64,000 bases of DNA from positions 682,001-746,000 of the forward strand of contig NZ_JABEZU010000001.1 in NCBI RefSeq assembly GCF_013149785.1, written 5' to 3'. Position 1 is the stretch's first letter. Each line of letters starts with the position of its first letter. Below, in pieces: positions 48,677 through 61,289 of this stretch. The notes under the pieces were generated by a model. The model saw only the letters and a program-made list of their open reading frames with translations. It was not told the origin of the DNA and did no database searches. The DNA is from Isoptericola halotolerans (GTDB lineage: Bacteria > Actinomycetota > Actinomycetes > Actinomycetales > Cellulomonadaceae). Made by a program: the position numbers and the translations under genes.

Positions 48677-49990
48677 GTGCGGGCATCGCATCGCGACGAC
48701 GCCGACGTGATCGTCGTGGGCGCCGGGCCGGCCGGCGCGTCGACCGCGCACTGGTGCGCCTCCGCCGGTCTGGACGTGCTGCTCCTGGACAAGGCCGCCT
48801 TCCCGCGCGACAAGGTCTGCGGGGACGGTCTGACACCGCGCGCGGTGGCCGAGCTCGCCCGGATGGGCGTCGACACCCGCGCCGACGACGGCTGGATCCG
48901 CAACGAGGGCCTGCGCGTCGTCGCCGGCAGCCGGTCGTGGGAGCTCGCCTGGCCGGAGCTCACGACCTACCCGGGCTACGGCATGGCCCGCTCCCGCATG
49001 TCGCTGGACCACCGTCTCGTCCAGCACGCCCAGGCCTCCGGCGCCAAGCTCGTCGATCGCACGCGGGTCGCCGGGGCGCTGACCGACGACCGGACGGGCC
49101 GGGTCGTGGGCGTCACGGCCCAGCCGCTCGACGGTCGGGGGCGAGCCGACGGTCCTGCGGCCACCTACCGTGCCCCGGTCGTGGTCGCCGCCGACGGCGT
49201 GTCCTCACGGTTCGCCACCACGCTCGGCATCACCCGCCGCGACGACCGCCCCATGGGCACCGCCGTGCGCACCTACTTCCGCACGGAGGGCACCTCGCGC
49301 CACGAGGACGCCTTCATGGAGTCGCACCTCGAGCTCTGGGACGGCGCGCCGGGGGAGTCCAACCTCCTGCCCGGGTACGGCTGGATCTTCGCCCTCGGCG
49401 ACGGCACCGCGAACGTCGGTCTGGGCTCGGTGAGCTCGACCCCGGCGCGACAGTCCGCCGTCGGGCACGACTACCGCGCCCTGATGGACGCGTGGATGCG
49501 CAACACCCCCACGGAGTGGGGCTTCACCGAGGAGAACCAGGTGGGTCCGGTGCGCGGTGCCGCGCTGCCGATGGGTTTCAACCGGTCGCCGATGTACTCC
49601 GACGGCACCCTGCTGGTCGGTGACTCCGCGGGGATGGTCAGCCCGTTCAACGGGGAGGGCATCGCCTACGCGCTGCAGGCCGGTCGCGTGGCTGCCGAGG
49701 CGATCGCGCAGGCCCGCACCAAGGTGTCCGACGACGCTCGCGAGCGCACGCTGGCGACCTACAGCGACCGGATGCGCGACGACCTGGGCGGCTACTACAC
49801 GCTGGGCCGCTGGTTCGTGCGCCTCATCGAGCACCCCGCGGTGATGCGGGCGTGCGTGCGGTACGGGCTGCCACGACGGGTCGTCATGCAGTTCGTCCTC
49901 AAGCTGCTCTCCGACTGCTACGAACCTCGCGGCGGCGACTGGGTCGACCGGGTGATCGCGGGACTGACCAGGGTGGTGCCCCGTGCGTGA
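48677..49990 (+). CDS. menJ: Geranylgeranyl reductase family protein, probable menaquinone reductase
   Basis: VVGAGPAG, FPRDKVCGDGLTP, ADG, GYGWIF, GDSAGMVSPFNGEGI; between menG and nuoA. Confidence 0.85.
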   Translation: MRASHRDDADVIVVGAGPAGASTAHWCASAGLDVLLLDKAAFPRDKVCGDGLTPRAVAELARMGVDTRADDGWIRNEGLRVVAGSRSWELAWPELTTYPGYGMARSRMSLDHRLVQHAQASGAKLVDRTRVAGALTDDRTGRVVGVTAQPLDGRGRADGPAATYRAPVVVAADGVSSRFATTLGITRRDDRPMGTAVRTYFRTEGTSRHEDAFMESHLELWDGAPGESNLLPGYGWIFALGDGTANVGLGSVSSTPARQSAVGHDYRALMDAWMRNTPTEWGFTEENQVGPVRGAALPMGFNRSPMYSDGTLLVGDSAGMVSPFNGEGIAYALQAGRVAAEAIAQARTKVSDDARERTLATYSDRMRDDLGGYYTLGRWFVRLIEHPAVMRACVRYGLPRRVVMQFVLKLLSDCYEPRGGDWVDRVIAGLTRVVPRA

Positions 49991-50136
49991 GATCGAGGAG
50001 TCCCCGCGGAGGGACGTCGAGGGACGAGGTGTGCCGGAGCGAGGCACCGCAGAGCTCTCGTGGAGGAGCCGGGCATGAACACCGACGTGGCACGAAGGAG
50101 TGACACCCACGTGATCGATCCAGGCGAGGAGATCCG

Positions 50137-50496
50137 ATGAACCCGTACGTCCCGGTACTGGTCCTCATGGGGATCGCCGCGGTGCTGGCCCTCGGCGGGG
50201 TGGCGGCGAGCGCCGTCATCGGGCCCAAGCGCTACAACCGCGCCAAGCTCGACGCCTACGAGTGCGGCATCGAGCCGACGCCGCTCGCGATGGGTGGGGG
50301 GCGGCTGCCGATCAAGTACTACCTGGTGGCCATGACGTTCATCGTGTTCGACATCGAGGTCGTCTTCCTCTACCCGTGGGCGGTGGACTTCGTGGTCCTG
50401 GCCGGGTTCGGGCTGGCGGCCATGGTCATCTTCCTGGCCCTGATCACCGTGCCGTTCGTCTACGAGTGGCGGCGCGGCGGGTTCGACTGGGTCTGA
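50137..50496 (+). CDS. nuoA: NADH-quinone oxidoreductase subunit A
   Basis: [15 protein letters not shown]. Confidence 0.97.
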   Translation: MNPYVPVLVLMGIAAVLALGGVAASAVIGPKRYNRAKLDAYECGIEPTPLAMGGGRLPIKYYLVAMTFIVFDIEVVFLYPWAVDFVVLAGFGLAAMVIFLALITVPFVYEWRRGGFDWV

Positions 50497-50554
50497 CAGG
50501 CAGTTCGGCAAGGGTGCCGCCGCGGCGGCACCGACGCTCCGCGAAGGAGGAGAC

Positions 50555-51106
50555 ATGGGGTTGGAGGAGTCGCCGTCGGGCTTCCTGCTCACGACGATCG
50601 AGGACCTCGCGGGCTACCTGCGCAAGGCGTCCGTGTGGCCGGTGACGTTCGGGCTGGCGTGCTGCGCCATCGAGATGATGGCCGCGGGCGCGTCGCGGTT
50701 CGACCTGTCCCGGTTCGGCATGGAGGTCTTCCGGGCCTCGCCGCGCCAGGCGGACCTCATGATCGTGGCCGGGCGGGTGAGCCAGAAGATGGCACCCGTC
50801 GTGCGGCAGGTCTACGACCAGATGAGCGAGCCCAAGTGGGTGCTGTCGATGGGTGTGTGCGCCTCCAGCGGCGGCATGTTCAACAACTACGCGATCGTGC
50901 AGGGCGTCGACCACATCGTCCCGGTCGACATCTATCTGCCGGGCTGCCCCCCGCGCCCCGAGATGCTGATCAACGCGATCCTGGCGCTGCACCAGCAGAT
51001 CCAGGACACGCCGCTCGGGGTGAACCGCGTCGAGGCGGCCAAGGCGGCCGAGGCGGCTGCGCTCGAGGCGACGCCCACCTCGCAGATGATCGGCCTGCTG
51101 CGGTGA
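50555..51106 (+). CDS. nuoB: NADH-quinone oxidoreductase subunit B
   Basis: [16 protein letters not shown]. Confidence 0.98.
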   Translation: MGLEESPSGFLLTTIEDLAGYLRKASVWPVTFGLACCAIEMMAAGASRFDLSRFGMEVFRASPRQADLMIVAGRVSQKMAPVVRQVYDQMSEPKWVLSMGVCASSGGMFNNYAIVQGVDHIVPVDIYLPGCPPRPEMLINAILALHQQIQDTPLGVNRVEAAKAAEAAALEATPTSQMIGLLR

Positions 51107-51861
51107 CCGCCGCGGACGGGCGCGAGGTCGCCCGCGGCGGTCACGACGTGCCGGAGCCGACGGCGGAGCGGGTCGCGGAGCGGACGGGCATGTTCGGTCC
51201 ACCCGGCACGGGCGACACCTCCGGCTACGGCGGGCTGGTCCGCACGGTCACGATGCCGCCCGCCGCGGCACGGCCCTACGGCAGCTGGTTCGACGAGGCC
51301 GTCGACGTGCTGGCGGAGGTCCTCGACGGCCAGGGCGTCCGGCTCGACGACGCGGTCGAGCGTGTGGTGGTCACCGACCCCCGCGCTCGGGGCGAGGGCG
51401 ACGGACCGAGCGACGACGCCGAGCTCACCCTGTACGTGTCCCGCGAGCACCTCGTGGCCGTCTGCCAGGTGCTGCGCGACGACCAGGACCTGCGCTTCGA
51501 GCTCTCGCTGGGCGTCTCCGGCGTGCACTACCCGCAGGACACCGGGCGCGAGCTGCACGCCGTCTACCACCTGACCTCCGTGACGCACGCCCGCCGGCTG
51601 CGGCTCGAGGTCACGTGCCCGGACGGCGACCCGCACGTGCCCACCACCACGGGCGTGTACCCGACCAACGACTGGCACGAGCGCGAGACCTGGGACTTCT
51701 TCGGGATCGTCTTCGACGGGCACCCCGGCCTGGCCCGCATCGAGATGCCGGACGACTGGCCCGGGCACCCGCAGCGCAAGGACTACCCGCTCGGAGGCAT
51801 CCCCGTGGAGTACAAGGGCGCCACGGTCCCGCCCCCGGACACGAGGAGGCAGTACTCATGA
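51103..51861 (+). CDS. nuoC: NADH-quinone oxidoreductase subunit C
   Basis: [20 protein letters not shown]. Confidence 0.96.
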   Translation: MTAADGREVARGGHDVPEPTAERVAERTGMFGPPGTGDTSGYGGLVRTVTMPPAAARPYGSWFDEAVDVLAEVLDGQGVRLDDAVERVVVTDPRARGEGDGPSDDAELTLYVSREHLVAVCQVLRDDQDLRFELSLGVSGVHYPQDTGRELHAVYHLTSVTHARRLRLEVTCPDGDPHVPTTTGVYPTNDWHERETWDFFGIVFDGHPGLARIEMPDDWPGHPQRKDYPLGGIPVEYKGATVPPPDTRRQYS

Positions 51862-53219
51862 GCGCGCCTGCCGACCACGCACACCGTGCGCCGCACTCGA
51901 CCCGTCCGCCCGCCGAGGACTACGGCCCCGGCGTCCCGGGGTTCGAGGCCTCCGGCGGGGACTGGGACGAGATCGCCCGCGAGGCGATCGGCGAGGAGCG
52001 GATCATCGTCAACATGGGTCCGCAGCACCCGTCCACGCACGGCGTGCTGCGGCTGATGCTGGAGATCGACGGCGAGACGGTGACCGAGGCTCGCTGCGGG
52101 ATCGGCTACCTGCACACCGGCATCGAGAAGAACATGGAGTTCCGCACCTGGACGCAGGGCACCACGTTCTGCACCCGGATGGACTACCTCGCGCCGCTGT
52201 TCCAGGAGACGGCCTACTGCCTGGGCACCGAGCGCCTGCTCGGCATCACCGACGACGTCCCGGAGCGCGCGAGCGTGATCCGGGTGCTGATGATGGAGCT
52301 CAACCGGGTCGCGTCCCACCTCGTCTGCCTGGGCACGGGCGGCAACGAGATGGGCGCCACCACGGTCATGACGATCGGCTTCACGGCGCGCGAGGAGATC
52401 CTGCGACTGTTCGAGGCGATCACCGGCCTGCGCATGAACCACGCGTACGTGCGCCCGGGCGGTGTCGCGACGGACACCCCGGAGGGTTTCACCGACCAGG
52501 TCCGCGCGGCGCTGCCGAACATCCGCGGCTACCTGGGCCAGCTCGGCGACCTGATGCTCGCCAACCCCATCTTCAAGTCGCGGCTCACGGACGTCGGGGT
52601 GCTGAACCTGGCGGGCTGCTTCGCCCTCGGCATCACCGGTCCGGTGCTCCGCTCGGCCGGCCACCCGTACGACGTGCGCAAGGCGTTCCCCTACAGCGGG
52701 TACGAGACCTACGACTTCGACGTGCCCACGGACACGGCCGCCGACTCCTACTCGCGGGTCGTGCTGCGTCTGGAGGAGTGCTACCAGTCGCTCAAGATCG
52801 TCGAGCAGTGCCTGGCACGCCTCGACGACACGGTCGGTGACCGGGTCATGGTCGCGGACAAGAAGATCGCCTGGCCTGCGCAGCTCGCCGTCGGCTCCGA
52901 CGGGCAGGGCAACTCGCTGGACCACATCCGCCACATCATGGGCACCTCGATGGAGGCGCTCATCCATCACTTCAAGCTGGTGACCGAGGGGTTCGGGGTC
53001 CCGGCAGGGCAGACGTGGCAGACCGTCGAGCACCCGCGCGGCGAGCTCGGCGTGCACCTCGTGTCCGACGGCGGCACGAGACCGTACCGGGCGCACTTCC
53101 GCGACCCGTCGTTCAACAACCTCCAGGCGGTGTCGGTCCTGTGCGAGGGCGGCCAGGTGGCCGACGTCGTCGTCGCCGTCGCCTCCCTGGACCCGGTGCT
53201 GGGAGGGGTGGACCGATGA
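51858..53219 (+). CDS. nuoD: NADH-quinone oxidoreductase subunit D
   Basis: [28 protein letters not shown]. Confidence 0.98.
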   Translation: MSAPADHAHRAPHSTRPPAEDYGPGVPGFEASGGDWDEIAREAIGEERIIVNMGPQHPSTHGVLRLMLEIDGETVTEARCGIGYLHTGIEKNMEFRTWTQGTTFCTRMDYLAPLFQETAYCLGTERLLGITDDVPERASVIRVLMMELNRVASHLVCLGTGGNEMGATTVMTIGFTAREEILRLFEAITGLRMNHAYVRPGGVATDTPEGFTDQVRAALPNIRGYLGQLGDLMLANPIFKSRLTDVGVLNLAGCFALGITGPVLRSAGHPYDVRKAFPYSGYETYDFDVPTDTAADSYSRVVLRLEECYQSLKIVEQCLARLDDTVGDRVMVADKKIAWPAQLAVGSDGQGNSLDHIRHIMGTSMEALIHHFKLVTEGFGVPAGQTWQTVEHPRGELGVHLVSDGGTRPYRAHFRDPSFNNLQAVSVLCEGGQVADVVVAVASLDPVLGGVDR

Positions 53220-54064
53220 CGGCCGAACCGGTGGGTGCGCGGTCGCGCACCGGCTACGACGCCGAGACGCTGGCCGCGCTGACGGCCGACGCCGAGCAGA
53301 TCGTGGCCCGCTACCCGGACCCGCGCTCGGGTCTGCTGCCGATGCTGCACCTGGTGCAGTCCGTGGACGGCTTCGTGAGCCGCGACGGCATCCTGTTCTG
53401 CGCGGAGCAGCTGGAGATGACCGCCGCCGAGGTCTCGGCGGTGGCGACGTTCTACACCCAGTACAAGCGCCACCCCAACGGCACCTACACGGTGGGCGTG
53501 TGCACCAACACGCTGTGCGCCGTCATGGGTGGCGACCTGATCTTCGACCGGCTCTCGGAGCACCTCGACGTCGGGCACGACGAGACCACCGAGGACGGGG
53601 CGATCACGCTCGAGCGGGTCGAGTGCAACGCCGCGTGCGACTACGCGCCCGTGATGATGGTCAACTGGGAGTTCTTCGACAACCAGACCCCGGACTCGGC
53701 CGTCGAGGTCACCGACCGGCTCCGTGCGGGCGAGGACGTCGCCCCGACGCGCGGAGCGTCGAGCGTGTGCACGTTCAAGCAGACCAGCCGGGTGCTGGCC
53801 GGGTTCACCGACGGACGTGCCGACGAGGGCGTCGGCGCCGGTGGCCCGACCCTGGAAGGGCTGCGCATCGCCCGCGAGCAGGGGTGGACGGCGCCGGAGC
53901 CCGAGAGCCCCGAGGCCACCGGGGAGCCTGCGGCCGAGGTGCCGCCGGAGACCGGCACCGCGCAGTCCAGCGCCGAGCGCAAGCCCGCGACCACGCAGGA
54001 CGAGAAGCCGGGCACGCCGGACGCCTCGGAGCCGGGCAAGGGAGCGGAGGGTTCCGATGACTGA
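53216..54064 (+). CDS. nuoE: NADH-quinone oxidoreductase subunit E
   Basis: VATFY, CTNTLC...CNAAC 2Fe-2S motif; low-complexity tail. Confidence 0.96.
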   Translation: MTAEPVGARSRTGYDAETLAALTADAEQIVARYPDPRSGLLPMLHLVQSVDGFVSRDGILFCAEQLEMTAAEVSAVATFYTQYKRHPNGTYTVGVCTNTLCAVMGGDLIFDRLSEHLDVGHDETTEDGAITLERVECNAACDYAPVMMVNWEFFDNQTPDSAVEVTDRLRAGEDVAPTRGASSVCTFKQTSRVLAGFTDGRADEGVGAGGPTLEGLRIAREQGWTAPEPESPEATGEPAAEVPPETGTAQSSAERKPATTQDEKPGTPDASEPGKGAEGSDD

Positions 54065-55394
54065 CATGCTCACGCCGGTCCTGACCGACACCTGGGACGC
54101 CGAGAGCTCCTGGCGCCTGGACACGTATCTCGCGCACGGTGGCTACGAGGGCCTGCGGGCCGCGCTCGCCCAGGACCCGTCCGACATCGTGCAGCTCGTC
54201 AAGGACTCCGGCCTGCGCGGCCGTGGTGGTGCCGGGTTCCCCACGGGCATGAAGTGGGGCTTTCTGCCGCCGCCCGACGGCGGGCCACGCTACCTGGTGG
54301 TCAACGCCGACGAGTCCGAGCCGGGCACGTGCAAGGACATCCCGCTGATGCTCGCCAGCCCTCAGCACCTCATCGAGGGGGTGGTGATCTCCAGCTATGC
54401 CATCGGGTGCCACCACGCGTTCATCTATGTGCGCGGCGAGGTGCTGCACGTCTACCGGCGCCTGCTGGCCGCCGTGCAGGAGGCCTACGACGCCGGCTAC
54501 CTGGGCACGGACATCCAGGGTTCCGGGTTCGATCTCGAGGTCACGGTGCACGCCGGGGCCGGCGCGTACATCTGCGGCGAGGAGACGGCGCTGCTGGACT
54601 CCCTCGAGGGCAAGCGCGGCCAGCCCCGCCTCAAGCCTCCCTTCCCGGCGGTCGCCGGTCTCTACGCCCGCCCCACCGTGGTCAACAACGTGGAGTCGGT
54701 CGCCTCGGTGCCCGGCATCGTCGCCAAGGGCGCCGACTGGTTCGCGTCCATGGGCACGGAGAAGTCGCAGGGCCACGGTCTGTTCTCCCTGTCGGGCCAC
54801 GTCACGCGCCCCGGGCAGTACGAGGCACCGCTCGGTATCACCCTGCGCGAGCTCCTCGACCTGGCCGGGGGGATCCGTGCCGGGCACGAGCTGAAGTTCT
54901 GGACCCCGGGGGGGTCCTCGACGCCGATCTTCACCGCCGAGCACCTCGACATCCCCCTGGACTACGAGTCGGTGGGCGCAGCAGGTTCCATGCTCGGTAC
55001 CCGTGCGCTGCAGATCTTCGACGAGACGACCTGCGTGGTCCGGGCCGTCAGCCGGTGGACCGACTTCTACGCCCACGAGTCCTGCGGCAAGTGCACCCCC
55101 TGCCGCGAGGGCACCTACTGGCTCAAGCAGATCCTGCACCGGATCCTCGACGGCGAGGGTCAGCCGGGGGACATCGAGCTGTTGCTCGACCTGTGCGACA
55201 ACATCCTCGGCCGGTCGTTCTGCGCACTCGGGGACGGTGCCACCTCGCCGATCACCTCCTCGATCCAGTACTTCCGGCACGAGTACGAGGCGTACATCTC
55301 CGGGACGGCGACGCCACCGGACCCGCGCCTCGCCACGCTGTTCGACGACGAGCCCCAGGCGCCGGCGGCGCACGCGGGCGCGGGAGGCCGCTGA
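54057..55394 (+). CDS. nuoF: NADH-quinone oxidoreductase subunit F
   Basis: [38 protein letters not shown]. Confidence 0.98.
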   Translation: MTDMLTPVLTDTWDAESSWRLDTYLAHGGYEGLRAALAQDPSDIVQLVKDSGLRGRGGAGFPTGMKWGFLPPPDGGPRYLVVNADESEPGTCKDIPLMLASPQHLIEGVVISSYAIGCHHAFIYVRGEVLHVYRRLLAAVQEAYDAGYLGTDIQGSGFDLEVTVHAGAGAYICGEETALLDSLEGKRGQPRLKPPFPAVAGLYARPTVVNNVESVASVPGIVAKGADWFASMGTEKSQGHGLFSLSGHVTRPGQYEAPLGITLRELLDLAGGIRAGHELKFWTPGGSSTPIFTAEHLDIPLDYESVGAAGSMLGTRALQIFDETTCVVRAVSRWTDFYAHESCGKCTPCREGTYWLKQILHRILDGEGQPGDIELLLDLCDNILGRSFCALGDGATSPITSSIQYFRHEYEAYISGTATPPDPRLATLFDDEPQAPAAHAGAGGR

Positions 55395-58051
55395 TGACTG
55401 CCACGACGGACCGGCACACCGGTCAGCCCGTCGAGACGGTGACGTGCACGATCGACGAGGTCGAGGTCACCGTGCCGAAGGGCACCCTGATCATCCGTGC
55501 CGCCGAACAGGTGGGGATCGAGATCCCCCGGTTCTGCGACCACCCGCTGCTCGAGCCCGCCGGCGCCTGCCGCCAGTGCCTCGTCGAGGTCTCGATGCCG
55601 GACCGTGAGGGCAACCTGCGGGCGATGCCGAAGCCCCAGGCCTCCTGCACGATGACGGTGACGCCGGGCATGGTCGTCAAGACCCAGCGCACCTCCGCGG
55701 TCGCGGAGAAGGCGCAGGAGGGGGTCATGGAGCTGCTGCTCATGAACCACCCCCTGGACTGTCCCGTCTGCGACAAGGGCGGCGAGTGCCCCCTGCAGAA
55801 CCAAGCCATGAAGAACGGGCGGGCCACGTCCCGCTTCTCCGACGTCAAGCGCACCTTCCCCAAGCCGATCCAGGTCTCCTCCCAGGTGCTCCTCGACCGC
55901 GAACGGTGCGTGCTGTGCCAACGGTGCACCCGGTTCAGCGAGGAGATCGCCGGCGACGAGTTCATCGCCCTGCAGGAGCGCGGTGCCCAGCAGCAGGTCG
56001 GCCGCTTCGACGAGCAGGTGCTCGACTTCGCCCCGCCGTGCGGTGGTCACCACGGTGCTGACGAGGGTGCCAGCGGTCCGGTGTCCGACGGTCCCGCTGA
56101 CCCTGCACTCGCCAGCTCGCTCCGGGCCAGCGGTCCGGTGGACATCCCGCTCGGGATCGCCCAGCCCGACGCCTCGGGCCAGCCCTTCGCCTCCTACTTC
56201 TCCGGCAACACGGTCCAGATCTGCCCGGTGGGCGCCCTGACGGGGGCGAGCTACCGGTTCCGGTCCCGGCCGTTCGACCTGGTGTCCGCCCAGGGGATCG
56301 CGGAGCACGACGCCTGCGGCTCCGCGATCCGCGTCGACCACCGACGCGGCAAGGTGATGCGGCGGCTCGCGGGCGACGACCCGGCGGTGAACGAGGAGTG
56401 GATCACCGACAAGGACCGTTTCGCGTTCACGTGGCAGTCGGCCCCGGACCGGATCACGACGCCGCTCGTGCGCACCGACGGCGAGCTGCGGCCCGCGTCG
56501 TGGGTCGAGGCGCTCGAGGTCGCGGCGCAGGGCCTGGCTGCTGCGCGGGACGACGGCGGCGTCGGCGTCCTGCCCGGGGGGCGGCTCACCGTCGAGGACG
56601 CGTTCGCCTGGTCGCGGTTCGCCCGGACGGTGCTCGGGACGGACGACGTCGACCAGCGTGCCCGGGTGCACTCGGTCGAGGAGGCCGCGTTCCTGGCGCA
56701 CGGGGTCGCGGGCACCGGGGTCGGTGTCACCTTCGGCGACCTCGAGGCCGCTCCGGCCGTGCTGCTCGCCGGCCTGGAGGCCGAGGAGGAGGCCGGGGTC
56801 ACGTTCCTGCGGCTGCGCAAGGCTGCTCGGGCCGGCACCCGGGTCTTCTCCGTGGCGCCGTTCCGCAGCCGAGGGCTGGCCCGGCTGGACGGGACGCTGC
56901 TGCCGAGCGCGCCGGGGACCGAGGCGGACTGGCTGAGCACGCTCGCGACGCAGGCTGCGGGAGACCTGGTGCCCGCCGGAGCCGACCGCGAGACGCTCGA
57001 GGACGTCGCAGGGGCCCTGAGCCAGGAGGGCGCGGTCGTGCTCGTCGGCGAGCGTCTCGCCGGCGCACCGGGCGCCTACACCGCGGCGCTGCGGCTGGCC
57101 GAGGCGACCGGTGCCCGGATCGCCTGGATCCCTCGTCGCGCGGGTGAGCGGGGTGGGGTCGAGGCGGGCCTGCTGCCCGGTCTGCTGCCGGGCGGCCGCC
57201 CGTTGCACGACGCCGACGCCCGCGAGCAGGTCGCGGCGGCGTGGGGCGTCGATCCCGAGGCCTTGCCGCAGAGCACCGGGCTGGACCTGGACGGCATCCT
57301 CGACGCGCTCAGCGTGGGCCAGCTCTCCGGAGCCCTGGTCGGCGGCGTCGAGCTGGCGGACCTGCCCGACCCGGAGCACGCGCGCCGGGCGCTGGGTGCG
57401 GCGCGGTTCGTCGTCGCCCTCGAGGTGCGACGCACCGAGGCCACCGAGCTGGCCGACGTGGTGCTGCCGGTCGCGCCGCCCGTCGAGCGGGCCGGTTCGT
57501 ACTGGAACTGGGAGGGGCGTGTGCGACCGTTCGCCCAGGCGCTCGACTCCTCCGCCCTGCCGGACCACCGGGTCCTCGACGCCCTGGCCGCCCAGCTCGA
57601 CGTGGACCTCGGCGCGGCGGAGCCGCTCGCGGCGCACTGGGCGATCGCGGCGTTCGGGGCCTGGACGGGACCTCGGGCGGACGCACCGGTCACCGGTGCC
57701 TCCGAACCGCCCGCCGTCGGCACCGGTACGGCGGTGCTGGCGAGCTGGCACCTCATGCTCGACGACGGCGCGCTGCAGGATGGTGAGGAGCACCTGGCCG
57801 GGACGGCGAAACGTCCCGTGGCCCGGGTCAGCGCCGTGACCGCCGCCGGCTTCGACGTCTTCGACGGCGACCTGGTGACGGTGTCGACCGACCGTGGTGC
57901 GATCACGGTGCCGGTCGCCATCACCGAGATGGTGGACCACGTGGTCTGGTTGCCGACGGCGTCGCGAGGGTGCCGGATCCACGACGACCTGGGCGCCCGG
58001 CCCGGGGAACCCGTGCGGATCGCCCCCGCCGAGAAGGGAGTCGACGCATGA
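55394..58051 (+). CDS. nuoG: NADH-quinone oxidoreductase subunit G
   Basis: PRFC...GACRQC...[24 protein letters not shown]...ICPVGA. Confidence 0.97.
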   Translation: MTATTDRHTGQPVETVTCTIDEVEVTVPKGTLIIRAAEQVGIEIPRFCDHPLLEPAGACRQCLVEVSMPDREGNLRAMPKPQASCTMTVTPGMVVKTQRTSAVAEKAQEGVMELLLMNHPLDCPVCDKGGECPLQNQAMKNGRATSRFSDVKRTFPKPIQVSSQVLLDRERCVLCQRCTRFSEEIAGDEFIALQERGAQQQVGRFDEQVLDFAPPCGGHHGADEGASGPVSDGPADPALASSLRASGPVDIPLGIAQPDASGQPFASYFSGNTVQICPVGALTGASYRFRSRPFDLVSAQGIAEHDACGSAIRVDHRRGKVMRRLAGDDPAVNEEWITDKDRFAFTWQSAPDRITTPLVRTDGELRPASWVEALEVAAQGLAAARDDGGVGVLPGGRLTVEDAFAWSRFARTVLGTDDVDQRARVHSVEEAAFLAHGVAGTGVGVTFGDLEAAPAVLLAGLEAEEEAGVTFLRLRKAARAGTRVFSVAPFRSRGLARLDGTLLPSAPGTEADWLSTLATQAAGDLVPAGADRETLEDVAGALSQEGAVVLVGERLAGAPGAYTAALRLAEATGARIAWIPRRAGERGGVEAGLLPGLLPGGRPLHDADAREQVAAAWGVDPEALPQSTGLDLDGILDALSVGQLSGALVGGVELADLPDPEHARRALGAARFVVALEVRRTEATELADVVLPVAPPVERAGSYWNWEGRVRPFAQALDSSALPDHRVLDALAAQLDVDLGAAEPLAAHWAIAAFGAWTGPRADAPVTGASEPPAVGTGTAVLASWHLMLDDGALQDGEEHLAGTAKRPVARVSAVTAAGFDVFDGDLVTVSTDRGAITVPVAITEMVDHVVWLPTASRGCRIHDDLGARPGEPVRIAPAEKGVDA

Positions 58052-59376
58052 TCCCCGGAGTCGCCGCGGACTTCAGCGCGGACACCATCGTCACGAGCAT
58101 CGTCAAGGCCGTGCTCGTCGTGGTGTTCCTGCTGACCAGCGTGCTCTTCGCGATCTGGTTCGAGCGCAAGGTCGTGGCCCGCATGCAGGTGCGGCCCGGC
58201 CCGAACTGGCACGGCCCGAAGGGCCTGCTGCAGTCGCTGGCGGACGCGATGAAGCTCCTGCTCAAGGAGGACCTGACGGTCACGCGCGCCGACCGGGTGA
58301 CCTACCTGCTGGCGCCGATGATCTCCGTGTTCTGCGCCCTGCTGGTGTTCGCGGTCATCCCGTTCGGACCCAGCGTGACGATCCCGTTCACGGACTACTC
58401 GACCCCGGCTCAGCTCACGGACTTCCCCGTGGCGACGCTGTACGTCCTGGCGTGCGCCTCCATCGGCGTCTACGGCATCGTGCTCGGCGGCTGGTCCTCC
58501 GGCTCGACCTACCCGCTGCTCGGCGCGGTGCGGTCCACCGCGCAGGTCATCAGCTACGAGCTGGCGATGGGCCTGTCCCTGGTGAGCGTGTTCATCATGG
58601 CGGGCTCGATGTCGACCTCGTCGATCGTCGAGTCGCAGACGAACCTGTGGTGGTTCCTGCCGCTGGCGCCGGCGTTCGTGGTGTACGTCATCTCGATGGT
58701 GGGCGAGACGAACCGGCTGCCCTTCGACCTGCCCGAGGCGGAGGGCGAGCTGGTCTCCGGCTACATGACCGAGTACTCGTCGATGAAGTTCGCCTGGTTC
58801 TTCCTCGCGGAGTACATCGCGATGATCAACGTCTCGGCGGTCGCCGTCACGCTCTTCCTCGGCGGCTGGCGCGCCCCGTGGCCGCTGTCCGTGATCGGCG
58901 ACGGCGTGCTCAACACCGGCTGGTGGCCGGTGCTGTGGTTCCTCGCCAAGGTGTGGCTGCTGATGTTCTTCTTCGTCTGGGTGCGCGGCACGCTCCTGCG
59001 GCTGCGCTACGACCAGTTCATGGTGTTCGGCTGGAAGGTCCTCATCCCGTTCGCCCTCGGCTGGCTGGTCGCGTTGGCGACCTTCCAGTGGCTGGGCCTG
59101 GCGGGCGTCACCCGCACCCAGATGTTCGTGGCGATCGCCGCGGTGGCCCTGCTGGCCGCGGTGATCGTGTGGCTCCTGCCCGAGCGCAAGTCGCCGGACA
59201 GATCACCCGACGACGGCGGGGACGGGCGGTTCGACGCCTTCGCGGGCGGGTACCCCGTCCCGCCCCTGCCCGGGCAGAGCCTGCCGCCCTCGCCGCGGGC
59301 CCGCCGGACGGTGCCCCCGGCGCCACCGGAGTCGTCAGGATCACCGGCCGACGTCGACGCGGAGGAGACGCGATGA
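58048..59376 (+). CDS. nuoH: NADH-quinone oxidoreductase subunit H
   Basis: [37 protein letters not shown]. Confidence 0.97.
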   Translation: MIPGVAADFSADTIVTSIVKAVLVVVFLLTSVLFAIWFERKVVARMQVRPGPNWHGPKGLLQSLADAMKLLLKEDLTVTRADRVTYLLAPMISVFCALLVFAVIPFGPSVTIPFTDYSTPAQLTDFPVATLYVLACASIGVYGIVLGGWSSGSTYPLLGAVRSTAQVISYELAMGLSLVSVFIMAGSMSTSSIVESQTNLWWFLPLAPAFVVYVISMVGETNRLPFDLPEAEGELVSGYMTEYSSMKFAWFFLAEYIAMINVSAVAVTLFLGGWRAPWPLSVIGDGVLNTGWWPVLWFLAKVWLLMFFFVWVRGTLLRLRYDQFMVFGWKVLIPFALGWLVALATFQWLGLAGVTRTQMFVAIAAVALLAAVIVWLLPERKSPDRSPDDGGDGRFDAFAGGYPVPPLPGQSLPPSPRARRTVPPAPPESSGSPADVDAEETR

Positions 59377-60164
59377 CCGACAAGCCGTACGAGCCGCTGC
59401 GCCCGACCAAGGGACCGGTGGGCGAGTTCTTCGCCCCGGTCGCCGGGTTCGGCGTCACGTTCTCGTCGATGTTCAAGCCGACCGTCACCGAGGAGTACCC
59501 CCGCAAGAAGACGCCGCCACAGAGCCGGTACCACGGCCGCCACCAGCTCAACCGGTACGCCGACGGGCTGGAGAAGTGCATCGGCTGCGAGCTGTGCGCC
59601 TGGGCGTGCCCGGCCGACGCGATCTACGTCGAGGGCGCGGACAACGCGGACCTGCCGGAGAACGACGGCGGCGGGGTGCCGGTGCACATCTCGCCGGGGG
59701 AGCGGTACGGCCGCGTCTACCAGATCAACTACCTGCGCTGCATCTTCTGCGCGCTGTGCATCGAGGCGTGCCCGACCCGCGCGCTGACCATGAGCAACGA
59801 CTACGAGATCGCCGGGCCCAGCCGGGAGGGGATGATCTACGAGAAGCAGGACATCCTGGCCCCGCTGGCCGAGGGCATGCTGGCCGGCCCGCACCCGATG
59901 GTCGAGGGCACCACGGACACCGAGTACTACCGCGGCGAGGTCACGGCCCCCACGGCCGAGCAGGTCGACTGGGTGCGTGAGCACCGTCCGGACGACCCGA
60001 CGCTCGAGGCGGCGGACGCCGTCGTCGCCGGGGACGCACCTCCACCGGTGCCCGACCAGCACCGGTTGCGACCCGACCAGGACCGCGCGGCGGCCACCCG
60101 TGCCGCGGCGTACGAGTCCAACCTCGACGGCCGCACCGCGCTCGGGACGGAGGCTCACCCGTGA
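59373..60164 (+). CDS. nuoI: NADH-quinone oxidoreductase subunit I
   Basis: [12 protein letters not shown] and [12 protein letters not shown]. Confidence 0.97.
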   Translation: MTDKPYEPLRPTKGPVGEFFAPVAGFGVTFSSMFKPTVTEEYPRKKTPPQSRYHGRHQLNRYADGLEKCIGCELCAWACPADAIYVEGADNADLPENDGGGVPVHISPGERYGRVYQINYLRCIFCALCIEACPTRALTMSNDYEIAGPSREGMIYEKQDILAPLAEGMLAGPHPMVEGTTDTEYYRGEVTAPTAEQVDWVREHRPDDPTLEAADAVVAGDAPPPVPDQHRLRPDQDRAAATRAAAYESNLDGRTALGTEAHP

Positions 60165-60973
60165 GCGGCGGCGAGGAGGTCCTCTTCTGGGTCCTGGCCC
60201 CGCTCATGGTGATCGCCGCCGCCGGTCTGCTGGTGGTCCGCCGGGCGGTGCACGCCGCGGTGTGCGTCGTCTTCGTGATGATCGGCCTCGCGGTGCTCTA
60301 CGTGGCCCAGGAGGCCCCGTTCCTGGGGATCGTCCAGGTGGTCGTCTACACGGGCGCCGTGATGATGCTGTTCCTGTTCGTGCTGATGCTGGTGGGCGTC
60401 GACGCCGCGGACTCCCTCACCGAGACCATCCGCGGGCAGCGCTGGATCGGGGTCCTGCTGGGTCTGGGGCTCGCGGCGGTGCTGCTCGGTGTCGTCGCGC
60501 AGGCGACGTTCCCGCCGTCGGTCGGCCTCGAGCAGGCCAACGCGGTCACCAACCCGGTCGCCCTGGCCCGGGTGCTCCTGGGGGAGTACGTGGTCGCGAT
60601 GGAGGTGGTGGGCATCCTGCTCGTCACCGCGGCTCTCGCCGGGCTGGTCCTGACGCACCGGCGTCGGCTCGGCAAGAAGCCCACTCAGCGGGCGCTGGCC
60701 GAGGCGAAGGTCGCGCTGCTGCCCACGGGGCGCCATCTCACCCCGTTGCCCGCCCCGGGTGTGTACGCGCAGAACAACGCGATGGACACCCCGGCGCTCG
60801 GGCCCGACGGGCGCCCGCTCGACCACTCGGTGCCGCGGGTGCTGCGCATCCGTGGGCAGCAGCGGTCCGCGACGGAGCTGCTCACGGCCGAGGAGACCCT
60901 TGTCGAACGGCGACAGGGCTCCGACGACGTGGCCCCGGCGCGCTCCGACCGTCCTGAGGAGGAGACCCGCTGA
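60161..60973 (+). CDS. nuoJ: NADH-quinone oxidoreductase subunit J
   Basis: [16 protein letters not shown]; operon position. Confidence 0.95.
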   Translation: MSGGEEVLFWVLAPLMVIAAAGLLVVRRAVHAAVCVVFVMIGLAVLYVAQEAPFLGIVQVVVYTGAVMMLFLFVLMLVGVDAADSLTETIRGQRWIGVLLGLGLAAVLLGVVAQATFPPSVGLEQANAVTNPVALARVLLGEYVVAMEVVGILLVTAALAGLVLTHRRRLGKKPTQRALAEAKVALLPTGRHLTPLPAPGVYAQNNAMDTPALGPDGRPLDHSVPRVLRIRGQQRSATELLTAEETLVERRQGSDDVAPARSDRPEEETR

Positions 60974-61272
60974 TGGATCTCGTGAACTACCTCTACCTCG
61001 CCTCGATCCTGTTCGCGCTGGGTGCCACCACGGTGCTCCTGCGGCGCAACGCGATCGTCGTGTTCATGGGGATCGAGCTGATGCTGAACGCGACGAACCT
61101 GGCGCTGGTGACCTTCGCCCGCATGCACGGCGACATCACCGGTCAGGTGCTGGCGTTCTTCGTCATGGTGGTGGCCGCCGCGGAGGTCGTGGTCGGGCTG
61201 GCCATCATCGTGACGATCTTCCGCGCCCGCCGGTCGGCCTCGGTCGACGACGTCAACCTGCTCAAGAGCTAG
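60973..61272 (+). CDS. nuoK: NADH-quinone oxidoreductase subunit K
   Basis: [18 protein letters not shown]. Confidence 0.97.
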   Translation: MDLVNYLYLASILFALGATTVLLRRNAIVVFMGIELMLNATNLALVTFARMHGDITGQVLAFFVMVVAAAEVVVGLAIIVTIFRARRSASVDDVNLLKS

Positions 61273-61289
61273 AGGGGCCGACGACTTCG

